DNA from: the human T2T-CHM13v2.0 reference genome, Homo sapiens
Strand: one strand, 5' to 3'
DNA length: 64,000 nucleotides
Assembly: GCF_009914755.1 (NCBI RefSeq)
Contig: NC_060939.1
Both the position numbers and the translations under genes were made by a program. The notes beneath the pieces were generated by a model. That model was not told the DNA's origin, made no database searches, and was given only the letters and a program-made list of their open reading frames with translations. Shown here piece by piece: positions 1 to 25,290 of this stretch (the stretch's first letter is position 1; every line of letters starts with the position of its first letter).

Positions 1-300
1 GTAACGAGTTTCTAGAACTTGCTTCTCTTGGAGAACTGAAACTATAGCCACTATACAACAACTCCCCATTTCTCTATCCCCTGGCTTATGGAAACAACCG
101 CTCTATTTTCTGTTTCTATGAGTTTGACTAATTTTGAACCTAATGTAAGAGAAATTGTACAGCATTTGTCTTTGTGTGATGGGCTGATTTCAATTAGTGT
201 AATGTTTTCAAGGTTCATCTATATTGCAGCATGTGACAGGGCTTCTTTCTTTTTTAAGGCTGATAATTTTATAGTATTCCGTTGCATGGATAGACCACAT
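1..300 (-). mobile_element. Old L1M 3' fragment
   Basis: TCTGTTTCTATGAGTTTGACTA...ATGTTTTCAAGGTTCATCTATATTGCAGCATG...TTTTAAGGCTGATAA motifs. Confidence 0.75.
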
Positions 301-308
301 TTATTCAT

Positions 309-347
<39 letters not shown>

Positions 348-492
348 TTGAGACAATCTCACTCTGTTGCCCAGGCTGGAGTGCGGTGGCATGATCATGG
401 CTCACTGCAGTCTGAATCTCACATTCTCAAGCGATCCTGCCGCCTCAGCCTCCTGAGTAGCTGGGACTACAGGCACATGACACCATGCCTGG
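298..492 (-). mobile_element. Partial AluJ-like arm with (TTTA)n tail
   Basis: GAGACAATCTCACTCTGTTGCCCAGGCTGGAGTGC...; (TTTA)n 298-348. Confidence 0.85.
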
Positions 493-979
493 ATATTCGT
501 CTTTCTGTGTAACTGGTTGAGAAACAGGGGAGTAACAGTGAAGAAACGGTCTTAGAATAAATCTGGTGACAGCAGAAGAGAATATGAGACAGATTGTGCT
601 CACACAGCCTTGAAGAGTGTGACAGTATTTGAGGGCCACGCTGTTGTCTTAGAGTGAAGTGAGGAGAACCTGCACTGGTTTGGTAGTCATGGGAATGGAA
701 GGAGGAAAGAAATGTGAAAGCTCATCGGTGGCAGAGTCAAAATGGCTTGGTCTTTGTAGTCAACGATTAAGTGAGAAGGAGGAATTACTGGCTGACTTAG
801 AAGAAGTAAAAAACGTGAAATACCGATAAAACACAAATCTCGTGATTTTAGTCAGCGTAAAGACTAAGCATTGTGTGATTCTAGATATATTATTAAGCAG
901 TTTTGTTCCAGTATTTTATATCCCATATCTTCTAGCTATGACCCTATTTCTTTGTTTCTTGACATAGACAAACATTTTT

Positions 980-1290
980 TAAACTAAGAGCTTTATTGTG
1001 ATACAGTTTTTGTATGATAAGCCTCACCCTTCAAGTGTACAGTTCAGTGGTTTTTAGTATATTCAGAGTTATGCAGCCATTACCACTCCCTAATTTCAGA
1101 ACATTTTCATCTCCCCAAAAAGAACCCCGTACCCACTAGCAGTCACTCCCTGTAGCTCTCTCCCCCACCATTGATCCTGGCAACCTCTGATCTAACTTCT
1201 ATCTCTGTAGATTTGCCTATCCTGGGCATTTCATATAAATAGAATCATACAACAGTGGCATTTTGTGACTGATTTTTCTTTACAGTGATT
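980..1290 (-). mobile_element. L1M 3' end fragment
   Basis: AGTGTACAGTTCAGTGGTTTTTAGTATATTCAGAG...CATTTCATATAAATAGAATCATAC. Confidence 0.75.
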
Positions 1291-4200
1291 ATAAATCAAA
1301 TGCCTGAAGACGCTAAGCTTAGGATAGTGTTTGCTGTACAACTTTGATAACTGAACTTTTGTAAAGCTGAAAATGTGACTGTGTCTGTATATGTGGCATA
1401 TTATCCTTAGATGATCCTTACTTCGATTATTAAGAATTTTTTCCCCTAGTAATCTTCAACTGTCTCAATATTCAGCAGGAACCCCTTGGAGACAAAGATC
1501 AGTACGAATTTGGAACACCTATTGACAAAATGAATGTAATTTAATTTAGTACAGTAGTAAAGTCAACCACTTTTAGGTGTTGATGCTGCTGAAAGTGTAT
1601 ATTAAGGAAAAGCTTACTTACCTTACTTTTTGTGGAGGTGCTAGAACTACTTCTGTCTTGTGTTTAGATTTCAAGAAACCTTTGCATGGGCATTATGTGG
1701 TTGCACAAATGTACTTCGTTTTGACCTGAAAATGCAAAAACTTCCTTTCTTCCCACTTTCTGAGACTCTGCAACCTTAAAGGAAGAGTGGGGTTCTTTAA
1801 AGGAAAGGTGGTGGTGGTTGGGTCATGGGTAACAATGTCTACTGTGTACTTCCTTTCCCAAAACAAGTCCCTGTCTACCGTCAGCATTTCCAAAACTTGA
1901 AGGTCAAGTGTGGTGTTAACTCATGAACTAATGACTAGACTTTGAGCGGTTGTGGAAGCAAAATCTCAGTGAGTGCCTGGATGTTCTAATTCTGTTAAGT
2001 CAGTGAGTGCATATTCTGTACAATACTCTCTTAGCCCAGTGGCAGGTTTAAGGAGTGGGAGAGAGATTTCTATGTTTCGGAAATCAAATACACAAAGAAT
2101 AAAAATTTTTAATCCCATGAATCTTTGCCCGAGTTTAATTTCTTGGAGAGTTTTTCTTTTAGATTTTCTTTCCCTTCCATTAAACTTTTACTTAGAAAGG
2201 TCCCAGGGTTTGGGCAAAGCAAGTGGGAAAGACACTTGCTTGGGTTCTCCAGGATAAGGGATTGAAGAGGACTTCTTTCCCTCATTTTATTATTGAATAA
2301 TGTCACAATAACAATTATTAAGGTGAATAGTCTACAGTGGAAGTGTTTAGATGCCTTGTCTGCAAAATAACTTGGTTTAGTCAACCCAAGGATGCCTTTG
2401 GTTAGCTGGAATGGGAGATGTGCAGGTTAGAGTGGTCTTGGCAAGTCTTCCAGGGGGAAATACAGCATTTGGAAGGGTAGGAAGCAGAAGGAATCTCAGG
2501 CAAGGGAAAGGCGTGGGCAGAGCCCCGGAGGACAGAACAGGTTGTGGTGGACTTGGTGTCCACATAGACCTAATTAGTGGTCTTAGCTTTTGTGTTTTCA
2601 AAATTACCACAGTTTGTGTTCTAAAACTGTCATTCTCTTGATTTTATTTTAGACATACTATCTGTGTATTTTGAAATTTAAAATAACAGTAAAGGAGAAA
2701 CGAATTTATTTTGTTTGAGAAAGAGTTAAAAGGTTAAAACATCTTGATCTTAATAATTTTCTAATGGGAGATTTGGTACACCCCCAGAAGTTGTCTTTGG
2801 TTCAGAGAATAGTGTTCAGATCTAGAAAGGACTTGAGAAGTCCCAGAGAGGTGCTGCATGGTCTGAACCATTTGATTCTCACGACAGAATGGATAAAAAC
2901 AATTTGAACCAGGAAACCATGCAGATGTTCATATTTTGGATAGGGTAAGGTCAGTGCCGTCGTCAGAGGAAAAACTCTTGGCCATCACAGGATGGGAGAG
3001 AAAGTTTGAGTTGTGAAGAATACTCAAATGCCGTTTAAGGAAACGGGTTCTTCTGCACCTATTCTTTGGAATATTTAGGGCTAAGTTCTTAGTTTTTGAC
3101 ATCATAAAAATGTCAAAGTATTCTGTTCTAAGAGCCATTTCAAACAACTGACTAGAATTTCAGAGCAATTACATGAGAGTAATACCATTAAAATGTTTAA
3201 ATTACCCATAGTCCTATATCCCTAACAAGTATGTTCACGCTTGCATGTTCTCTTCTCATCTTTACTGTGTGCATACTTTCTTAGTAATGGCACGTAGACA
3301 TTGTTTAAGCAGGAATAATTCTCGAGATAATTTTGTATGTTTCCTTTTTTCTTTTTAAGGTAGGTATTGGGTGGAGGAGCATTATATTTGCAACTTCTCG
3401 CAAAACACGTGATTATTTTCTTATAATATTCAATTTTCACCCTCAATAGAGTGTTTTGATTATGTAAGTTAGACAGAAAGTAGAAGGTTCTCTTAGAGAA
3501 ATTTTAGTGTTTTTTTTTCATAGCTCCTACTTTCAAGAATGAAAAAGGTAAACCAGTAAAATGACACTGTACTTGGTGCTGCATCTATGCTGGGATAGGC
3601 ATTAAGAGTGACCTTTATTTAAGGTTCTAATTTGCTCATGTTGGGCACTTAGAACGTCAGTTTGTTGCTTTTTGTGAGATTTTGGAAATGGTCCAATTTT
3701 ACTTTTTCCCCTTGACTCCAGACTTTTTAACACTGATCTGCTGCTGTTGAGGCATATGCCGTTTTGTTAGGCCTCCTCAAGTGGGAGTCAGGAATGCTGC
3801 TGTGTTCCAGAGAGGTTTTGTTCTTCCTGTAGGGCTGAAGCAGTGCCTACTCAATAGAACCAGTCATCGTGCAAAGAAATGCCACCTGACTCAAAGGCAA
3901 AGCCAGAGTGCAGCTTGGAGCAAAGAAGGTATTTTATTAAGAATTTTACATAAACCATAAGATATATTTTATATTACTTTGCGAGCCTTCTTCCTGTCTT
4001 GACTTAATTCTTTTTGAGAGAATTCATTTCATTTTCATTTGGTTGGTTTTCTTCTTGTTACAAAGATGATCTATAGAAAATATAGAAGTATAAGAAAATT
4101 AAAGATACTAACTGATAATTGCTTAATGATTTAGTATCTGCTTGTTTAGTCTTTGTTATATTTACAGTAGGCAAACATGTCTACCGTTGTGAATTTATTA

Positions 4201-4697
4201 CTGGTATGTATACCCTAGTAAGTTAAAAGTTGTACGTACTTTGAAGTTTTGCAAAATTGAGTTCATATTATAGAATTAATTCCTGATGAACTTTTATGTG
4301 CTAGGCACTGGTCTTTTTATTTAATTATTTATTTTTACTTTTTTTTCCTCTGTGCCTATGCTTACCAAGTCTTTTTATTTTTTACTTTTTATTAACTCTT
4401 TTAATCCTCTGGATAAATTAAAAAGAGGGTATTATTAATATCTGCATTTTGTAGATGAGGTAACTGAAGGTAGGTAACTTGTCCAAGGTCACAGGTGGCA
4501 GAGCAAGGATTAAAACTAGACAGTCTGGCTGCCCAAGGCCCAACGAAGAGGAGCTGAGAGCAAGCCACCGGGCAGAAGGATGTTGGTCAGGCTGGTTTCC
4601 TGTTCAGTTAACATGAAACGCAGGCTTAACCTTAATTCTAGGACGTTACCGAGAAAGCCTTCCAAAGCCATAGGTTTTTTACCATGACCATGACTTC

Positions 4698-4998
4698 TTT
4701 TTTTTTTTTTTGAGACAGAGTCTCACTGTGTAGCCCAGGCTGGAGTGCAGTGGCGCGATCTCGGTTCACTGCAGCCTACCTCTCTTGACAGTCCTCTGGT
4801 TAAAGTGATTCTCCTGCCTCAGCCTCCCGAGTAGCTGAAATTACAGGCGCCGGCCACCACGCCTGGCTAGCTTTTGTGTTTTTAGTAGAGACGGGGTTTC
4901 ACCGTGTTGGCCAGGCTGGTCTTGAACTCCTGACCTCAAATGACCCACCTCTGCCTCCCAAAGTGCTGGGATTCCAGGCGTGAGCCACCGTGCCAGGA
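4698..4998 (-). mobile_element. AluS with private internal insertion
   Basis: Alu consensus interrupted by GCAGCCTACCTCTCTTGACAGTCCTCTGGTTAAAG. Confidence 0.9.
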
Positions 4999-6804
4999 CC
5001 CAAGGCCCTTAAGTTTTAACGTCTCATTCTTCAGTCAGGTTTTCCTTGTTCCTGCGTGTTCAGCCATTTGTTTTTAAGTTTGTGTTGAAGGAGAAACTAA
5101 CAACGAAAATGGACTTGTTGACGGAAGAAAAGTAGGAATGCAGCCTCTGGTGCTGTTTGAGTGATCCCTCTGCCCCAGGCCTGGCTGCGCGCTGCTGTGT
5201 TCTGGAAAGGCGCATTGTGCCCTCGCTGTGGCAGGTAAGAGTCCTGTACAGGTGCTCTGCCCACTTTACCTTTCAGGCTTCTGTATCAGCTGTTTTTCCC
5301 TTGTAGAATGTGCCCCTGACCTGTGCCCCTGACTTCCACCCCTTAACCCTGCCCAATACATCTTTACATGTCTGACCATCAAGACTCTTCTGGGTCATAT
5401 TCAGTTCATGCTGATATTTTCCCTTCCTCCCCTCTTTAGTCCTTACTATTTTTGCTTTGGTCATGTTATGCTATATTCTGTAAGCCTTTAAAAATTTTGT
5501 TGTATCATGTCAGGGGAGAATATTTTATAATTATGCTTTGTGCGTTTTATCTTCCACTCAATGAATGCTTGGTAAATATTTGTTTTATTGAGTATATGAC
5601 CCTTTTCTAGCTATACCGTGAACAAAAATGTTAACTGCCTTGTACGTTAACTGCTAAGAATTTGTCAAAAGTGCAGAGATGACATCCAGAACTTGTCAGA
5701 ATATTACAAAAAGGTCTCTAAGGGCATGATGGAGGTCTGTAAATTGACTTCATGTGAAAGAGTGTAAGAAGTGAAAATGTGAAGCATGACTGGAGAGCCG
5801 GAGTGATAAAGCAAGGGTCCCTTTCTCCAGATCCTTTGTAACAGTGTCATGTGACCTCTTCTAGATCATTCTGAAAGACAATGCCAGCTCGGAACCTAGG
5901 AAAGCATCCAGTGGGTTTCTGCATGTTAGGTGGTTCAAATCCTCATTAGCACCTTTGTTTTCTCTGCCTCAGTTTGCTTACAGTGATGTTCTCAGTAGCT
6001 GTAATTGCTGTCTGTCTTTGAATATTTAAGCATTTTTTTTTTTAGATCACAGGGTATATGTGCATTTTTATTTTACCAAGTGTTAGAATTTTTACTCTGC
6101 CTTTGTGGGCTCTGGGTTAGCTACTTGGCTGTTTCATCGTAAAATGATTAGCAGGAAAAACTGTGTGTGTGTGTGTGTGCGCGTGTGTATTTTAAGTTTC
6201 TTAATTGGGTTGGTACATGTAAACCATTTAGAACAGTGCCTGCTGCATATCACATCCCCATCAGTATTCACGTCTCTCATATTCTACCCTCACACTTGAT
6301 TGATAGTTTGCTTGATTACGTATTTCTAGGTTGAGGATAATTTTACCTTAGAATTTCAAAGTCTGTGCTGTTGTCTTCTAACCAGTCGTGGTGGCGAAGC
6401 CTCATGCCATCCTGAGTTTCACTTGTTTATGCATGACTTTCTCCCTGGAAGCTTTTAGGAGTTTGTCTTTTCCTTGGTGAGCTGAAATAGCACAACAGTG
6501 TACTTAGTGTGGGTCTTTTTTCATTCATTATGCTGGGTACACCAAATGAACAGGCCTATGGATAGGCTCTTTCAAAGTTGGAGTCTTGAATCTTGTCATA
6601 TTTTTGTTGTTAACTTTCTCTTTTCCATTTTATTTGTTCATTTGGAAGTGTCTGTTAATTGGATTTTAGACCTCTTGTCTTGAGTCTTATATCTCACGTT
6701 ATTTCTAAATGTTTTTTAAATTTTCAGTTCTGGAATATTTTCTTATCTTTCGACTTTCAGGAAATTTTATTTGGACTGTCATAACTTTAAGTTTTGTTTT
6801 GGTT

Positions 6805-7330
6805 ATTTATTGTTGCTTAACCAATTATCCCAAAACCTAATGGCCTAAAACTACACATCTGTCTATCTGTCACGACTGTATGGATTACCTGGGGCTAGCT
6901 GGACAGTTTTTCTGCTGGTCTCATTTGGCAGCTCTCACTGTGTGGTTAAACAGTGTCAGGGACTGGTCATCTGGATGCTCAGCTGCAGTGGAATGTCTGA
7001 GACGGCTTCTTTACCCACAGGTCTGCTGCCTTGGTGATTCTTGATGTGGCCTTTCTCTCTGCATAGCATCTCATCCTCTCGGATCTCTTCATGTGGCTTT
7101 TCTTTCTCCAAGAAGGTAGCCAATTCTTATTTTTGGCTTCCAGAAGCACAGAAATGGAGCTGCCAGGAGTTCTTAAGGCTTAGACCTGGAACAGGTCCAG
7201 TGTCATTTCTACCACATGCTATAGGTTAAAGTGAGTGTTGGGGCCAACCCAGATTGACTATGGGATGGGCCTGTCTGAGGACATGATGACAGGAGGTATG
7301 GCTCATTGGAGACCAACTCCCAAGATGGAG
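6805..7330. mobile_element. Old MaLR (MLT1-like) LTR
   Basis: TTATTGTTGCTTAACCAATTATCCCAAAACCTAATGGCCTAAAAC...GGGGCTAGCTGGACAGTTTTTCTGCTGGTCTC motifs. Confidence 0.55.
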
Positions 7331-7560
7331 CATGAGTTCTAAGAACTTTTTCTTCTCTGATTATTTCTTATTCATATTGTTTTGTTTTATACATGTAATA
7401 TATTCACAAGTGTCTTTATGAAGTGATTTTGATACTCTTTGTCTTCTCCCTGGCATCTCCTTGTTCTTTAATAATTTTTTTCTTAGTTTATTTTGGTCTT
7501 ATTTTTCTTTTTAAAGCCTTTCCTTAAATATCTATTCTATGTTGCTTATCATTTGTAGTC

Positions 7561-7860
<300 letters not shown>

Positions 7861-7925
7861 CTGTAGTCTTTTTTCCATTCCTTTATTTGTTCATTCATAT
7901 TTGAGAGAGGTACTAAAAGACTGGG

Positions 7926-8457
<532 letters not shown>

Positions 8458-9200
8458 TTAAGGAGATGGGGCCAGCAGTGTGTTTCAGGGCCTGTGAAAT
8501 GTGTTCTCTATCCGGGCTTTTGCTTAATCTCTGTTTTCAGTCTTGCCTATCAGTCCCACTGTCGGGGGTACCTCGTGTCTGGGTCTAGAACCTTTCCAGG
8601 TTGCTGGGGACAAATTAGCCTCCTTGTTCTCAGTATCCCCCTGACCTCCACCTTTGTTGCTTTGCTCCATGAATTAACCATTTTCCATGTACTGTCATTG
8701 TCTAATGAAGATGAATTCTCTTCTGTTGGTAACCCCATTCCTTTTTTGTAATGGTGTGCTTATACAATGTTTATTCTTCACTGTATTTCTATTGGAGCCT
8801 CAGGACAAAGAGCAGATGGTGAGAATCTGTGTTCAGTGTTAAGTTTTCCTTCTGTAAGACATGTGCAACTTGTGTTTTTCACTGAATAGATCATGGACTT
8901 AATGCATATAGAGCTACTTTGTTTTTCATGATTGTGCCTTCAATTATATGTAGAAATATAATTTGTGAATTGCCTGATGAAATTTTCCTAATTTTGAATT
9001 ATCTTTGCATTCCTATAATAAACACTGTTAGAATGGCTATGGTAATATTTTATTTTTGCATTTTTACTTCTGTATTAAATAAGATTATAGTTTTGTTTGT
9101 TTCCTTTAAGGCTGTTATTTCAGTATCAAGGGTATGCAGGGCTGAGTTGGGAAGCTTTACATCTTTTTTCTAAGATCTAGGATGTAGATCTGGTTTACAC

Positions 9201-9416
9201 AGTAATTTTCAACTGCAGGAGTATTTTGCCTCCTATGGGACGTTTGGAAATATCTGGAGACATTTTTGTGGTCACAACTGGTCATGGTCGGGAGGTCTCA
9301 TTGGCATTCTGTGGGTAGAGGGAATGTTACTAAATGCCCGACAACACACCAAGAGAACCCTCCACAAAGAATTATCTGGCCCAATATATCAATATTGCTG
9401 AGGATGACAAATTCTG
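9201..9416. mobile_element. MER20 DNA transposon
   Basis: TTTGGAAATATCTGGAGACATTTTTGTGGTCACAACTG...CACAAAGAATTATCTGGCCCAA. Confidence 0.8.
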
Positions 9417-9542
9417 GTTTAAATATCCAATTTGGAGGATGAGTCTTTGTCTTTTTCCTTCTTCTGCATATTGGTCTCCAGATTTCCCACTTCTTCAGTT
9501 ACTTTTCGTAACTGTAGGTTCTTAAAAAAAAATGAACACTTT

Positions 9543-9967
<425 letters not shown>

Positions 9968-10284
9968 TTATCAGAGGCTTGACTGTTTTATTATCTCAGT
10001 CTTTTGAAAGAATCCTCCTTTAGTTTTATTTTTTAAATCTAGTGGTTTTTCTTTTTCCTTAGGTCTTAATTATTTCCCCCTTTTGTTTGTTTTGCTTTTC
10101 CTAGTTTAGTGGATCAATGTAATTTAAATTGCTTTTTAAACAAACGTGTAAGGGTATACATTTTCGTTGGCTGCTGTTTGACTTCGTTGCACAAGTTTTA
10201 AAATCTATTTTTTAATAGTTTGTATTTTCTAAATTATTTTATTGCATCTTTTGTTCACATTGCTCTTACTATTAATTTTTTATT

Positions 10285-10594
<310 letters not shown>

Positions 10595-11099
10595 AAAAGC
10601 TTTGTGCTTTTACAGATATTAGACATGTTTCTTGTTTAAGAAAAAAAATCTTAACGAAAACGTAGGAGAATAAGAGAAACATTTTTCCAAAAAAGAGAAA
10701 TCATTGTGATTATTTTATCTTATTAGAATGTTGGATAATATAGTCTGCTTCATTAATCATCAAGCATGCTATGCATTTTCCATTTTTATAGGATCTGTAT
10801 CTCAGTTAAGGTAATACTGGTAATTTTTGTACTGTAATCAAAGATGAAAAATATAGGCCAAAATCATAGACCTTGCATAGAAGCTGGATAATGAAGACAG
10901 CTATGGAGAAAAACATAGATACACACACATGGACACACATATATATAAAGTATACACACATATATTTTTTAAAGTTTTAAAGCTTTTAAAGCAAAAGCCA
11001 GCCCCTCTTCTCTTCCAGAGTGGGAGGCCTCTCCCCTCTCTTAGAGTGGGTGGGGAGAGCGGTTGCCATGGGCAGCTTTCCTTGTGAGCCACAGGGCCC

Positions 11100-11328
11100 T
11101 CTGGACACGCTGCTGTCTGGCCACGCCCCCTTTCCCTTTCATCTTTCTCATTGACCAATGGGCTTGGAGCATTAAGGCCACGCCCCTATTCCGCATTCTA
11201 CTGGGGCCCTGGTTACGCCTCCTCTGGCTCAGTCACACAGCTGCCTGGTAGGTGACTGGAGGCCTTGAACGGTTCTTATTGGGATTTTGCTGCTGTGGCC
11301 CCAACCCTTCCTCCCTCCCCACCCTGCA
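11100..11328 (+). promoter_or_regulatory. GOLGA8 proximal promoter / 5' UTR
   Basis: CCAAT box (GACCAATGGG ~11153-11162) flanked by two GGCCACGCCCC GC/KLF boxes (~11119, ~11176) just upstream of exon 1; conserved in the second copy at ~63110-63180. Confidence 0.6.
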
Positions 11329-21752
<10,424 letters not shown>

Positions 21753-24700
21753 ACATCACCATCATCAAACAGCTGCTCAAGAAATTTTTAAATAAGAAAC
21801 CAAGTTATGGGGTTAATCTCCTACACAATTCATTTACTTCCTTTGAATGTTAGACTCACTCATGATTATTTGTGTTTCTAATTTATAGTTTAAGTTTATT
21901 TGTAAAAAGTTAAAAGAGAGTGGGTGTCTGTGGCTCTCACTGATGTTCACTCTGGCATCCTTTAGCATTTTTCTTTTTTAATTTCATAATTGTAGGTCAT
22001 TAGCGTGCATATCGAGTTTGCCCTTACGTGGTGGGAGTTCAAACACACAAAGACCCACTCTTTGCCCAAAACTGTTCTCTTTGGTTTGGAATAGGCTGCC
22101 ATGCTTTTTTAATGTTATTGCAGCATGTATATTCACTACAGCATTCAGACAAAATTTGCCTATGTTCTGCTGTTGTTTGATGTAATCTTAATCACAGTGA
22201 GCTCTTCCTTAGCTCAATATGTAGTTTGCCCCCAAGTGTGCACTGTTTATTACTTTGTAATACGCCACTATGAGTACTGACATTTAGAGTTGTTTAAAGG
22301 CCAAGAATTGGAAACAGCCTTTCCTCCATTTTCTGTGTATTGGTGATGGGAGTGATAACCTTTTGGGGGAGCTTTTTAAATCTCACAGAAGAGGAAAGTG
22401 GCCTCCTCTGGCAGGTATGTGCAAGATAGAGTGTGTTTCATCTGTTCCGGTGCCAGGAATTAGCGGTGTATTATGGTGGTGCCCTTAGGATTTGTATGTG
22501 CTCTGGGCTCATGAAGATATTGCATCATGAGCTGCAGCAGTTGCACTCTTTTTCGATGACCTAAAAAGGGCTTATTTCTGAGGAATGAAAGGTTCCCATC
22601 GTTGACTGTGGATGTGGAAAACCTTTCCTAGCTTAGAGCATTTGTATCTACAATACATTTTAAAGTCAGAGTTCATGTTACCTGTTTTAATCACATGACT
22701 ACATGCCCCAGTACACAAAAGGGCACTGGTTGGCATTCTTCTTAATGTATTTAGTGAAGATCATAAGAAATCCTTTACGAGTTCAAATGTCCCTGGAACA
22801 GGCATACAGGCTCTAGTCAAGAATGAATTAGAGTGAAGGAAAGCTGTGTGACTCCTGGCATTCCTCTCTGTTCACGGAGATTCTTTGAGGCTTGAAGATT
22901 GATTTTACCATCTAGACCTCTTTGGCTAATACCTATTCTTCAACCACCTTGGTTACTCTGACATAGGAATTTACTTCTTTTTCTTTGAATGGAAAACACT
23001 TTAAAAAAATAGAAACATTCTTATAAACTAATATATGTGAGATAGTTGAAACAAAAAGGAGTTTTAGTAGATGGTATTATACTATCTTTGAAAATCAAGG
23101 AGAAGTTTATGAAACTTAAAATGTGTACAAACTGCAGTGCAATCTACTGTTGTTCGTGAATGTCAATGTATTATCAGGAAACGTGTCTATACAACCACAG
23201 AGTTATATTTTCTCACAAACTTCTTTACAAAGTGAAATATGTTTTTGTACCTCTGGGTTTCTGTTCGGGACATATTTTGTGCAATATTTATGTGATTGTG
23301 CCTATGCATGATGAATGAATGCATTTCAGTTATGTATTGCCTAAATCGTAACTTGATGATGCTTGGGAAAGACTCAACAGTTAAAACTTCATGAAGTTCT
23401 AATGTCTGTGTTCCAAAACACATCACATTGTTAGGATGCAGGGAGATAGGTGTGTGTGCTCCCTGCGGTGGGGATTTCTAGTTACTAGATCATCTCCATT
23501 TTTAGCATTTGGCATCCTCATGATACTTCTATAAATATGACATTAACAGGAGAGCAACAATACGATTTTACCGATGGAATAACAGATTTGCTGGCATTCA
23601 CTGAAAGAGTGCAAATATTCGGTCCTTGTGACTTCCACTGACTCTTCCAAATTTTATGAATGTATCAATGTATTAGATAAACCCAGTTTCAGAATGATAA
23701 AGAAAAAATCTTAGACCAAATAATGCGGCTAATTAACAGTGGTACGATTTGTAGCCCGTGGGTTTAAAATGCACTTAAAGTCCTGTTCTCGCCTTTTATT
23801 TTCTGAACTTGCCGCTTTTGCATTCTTTGAGTTCAGTTTAAAGACAGTTACTTTAAGAGCATTTTAAACCCTCGGGCTAGAAATCGGACCACTGTTAATC
23901 AGCCACATTATTTGGTCTAACGTTTTTTCTTTTATCATTCTGAAACTGGGTTTATCTAATACATTGATAAATTATTGCAAAGGTACTTTTATCGTTGAAA
24001 TCACTTCACTTTTACCCTGATAAATATCAGTGACTAGGAATGACCTTCGGATAGCGTTTAGCATCTGTAACCAATCTGACAATAATGTGTTCATGAGGTG
24101 CCTATGGATTAAATCACACACTGGCATATTTAAGCTGAAGGTCAGTCTGGAAAATAAATTTACTATATTGACTGAAATACCACTCTTTGTGTAGGTATTT
24201 GTCATATATTTAAGAAAAAGCTAAAAAGAATGGAAATTGTATGACAATAACTCAAGTCTTTCTCCAAAGTGCATGCAGTCTTTTGTGATACCTCATTCAG
24301 CCGAGTATTTGTGCTCTTCCTCATTCAGTATAAGGCAGCTTTCAGTTTGCTTAGAAGGCAACATTGGAATGTTAGAGTTCATCAGAAACATAGAATTTTA
24401 AACTGTGAGTTCCACTGAATACATTTTGATTTCTGTAGGAAGAATCAAAATACCTATTTAAAGATGGCAATGTATAATAATCATTTTAAAAGTATTTGAT
24501 TAAACCTGATAATTTTCCAGAAATGAAAAAAAAAATCAGCTCTAAAACCAAAGCTGATTTTAGAAAATTTGAAAATGTAAATCAGCCCTATCCATAATAT
24601 AGTTTCTCTAAAACTTTATTTTAAAGAGTCATTTTAAAATAACTATTAAAAAATGTAACTGCTATCTTAATGTTCTGAAATAATTTAAAACATTTTAAAA

Positions 24701-24940
24701 TATGAATACTGTAGTATAAAAGAAAGAAATGGTGGGAACGAAAAGCAGAGAAAGAAATGCCAATTCCAGTCCAAAGTTTTATTTGCCAAGTTTTCTTAGA
24801 ATGAATTTTACCAGTTTATGAATTATTGTAAAGAGAATGTGTCGTGGAAATACTGAAAGATTTTTCCCTAGAGTGGCCTTATTGACTGCTGGTGTGATGC
24901 CACTGTAATGTAATAAATTATTAAGTTGTTTCAATGTGTT
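21753..24940 (+). other. Long AT-rich GOLGA8 3' UTR with polyadenylation signal
   Basis: No obvious interspersed repeats after the stop; AATAAA at 24912-24917 followed by a GT/T-rich downstream element. Confidence 0.6.
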
Positions 24941-25096
24941 GTTTTTGTCTTAAAATTTTATTTTGCGTTTCTTGAAAACTATAGTATTAAAGGTATTGAT
25001 ACTGTGCAAATGCTGGGCATGCTTGGCATGAGATAATGTGTTTCATTTTTACAAAGTTGTGATATAACTATGCAAGTGTTTCTTAAAAGAACACAA

Positions 25097-25290
25097 GATT
25101 TTAAAAGTTATGGGATTAAAAAAGTTATGGGGTGAAAAAGTTATGGGATAAAAAATGTAAAAACGTTGTGGCAAAAAAACTTGTGGGAACAAAGTAGAAA
25201 ACAGTATTATGAAAAGTTACCAAAAAAGTTATGAAAAAGAAGTTACGGGATTCTTTTTTAAAAAGTCATGGAATAAAAATAAAAATTAAA
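25097..25290 (+). repeat. Degenerate A-rich tandem repeat (AAAAAGTTATGGG-like units)
   Basis: About 8-9 decayed units: aaaagttatggga, aaaaaagttatgggg, aaaaagttatggga, aaaacgttgtgg, aaaaaacttgtggg, aaaaaagttatg, aagaagttacggga, aaaagtcatgg. Confidence 0.85.

Noticed and set aside
1450-1560. Possible coding exon after a polypyrimidine/AG
   Set aside because: Short frames with no recognisable protein and no convincing donor
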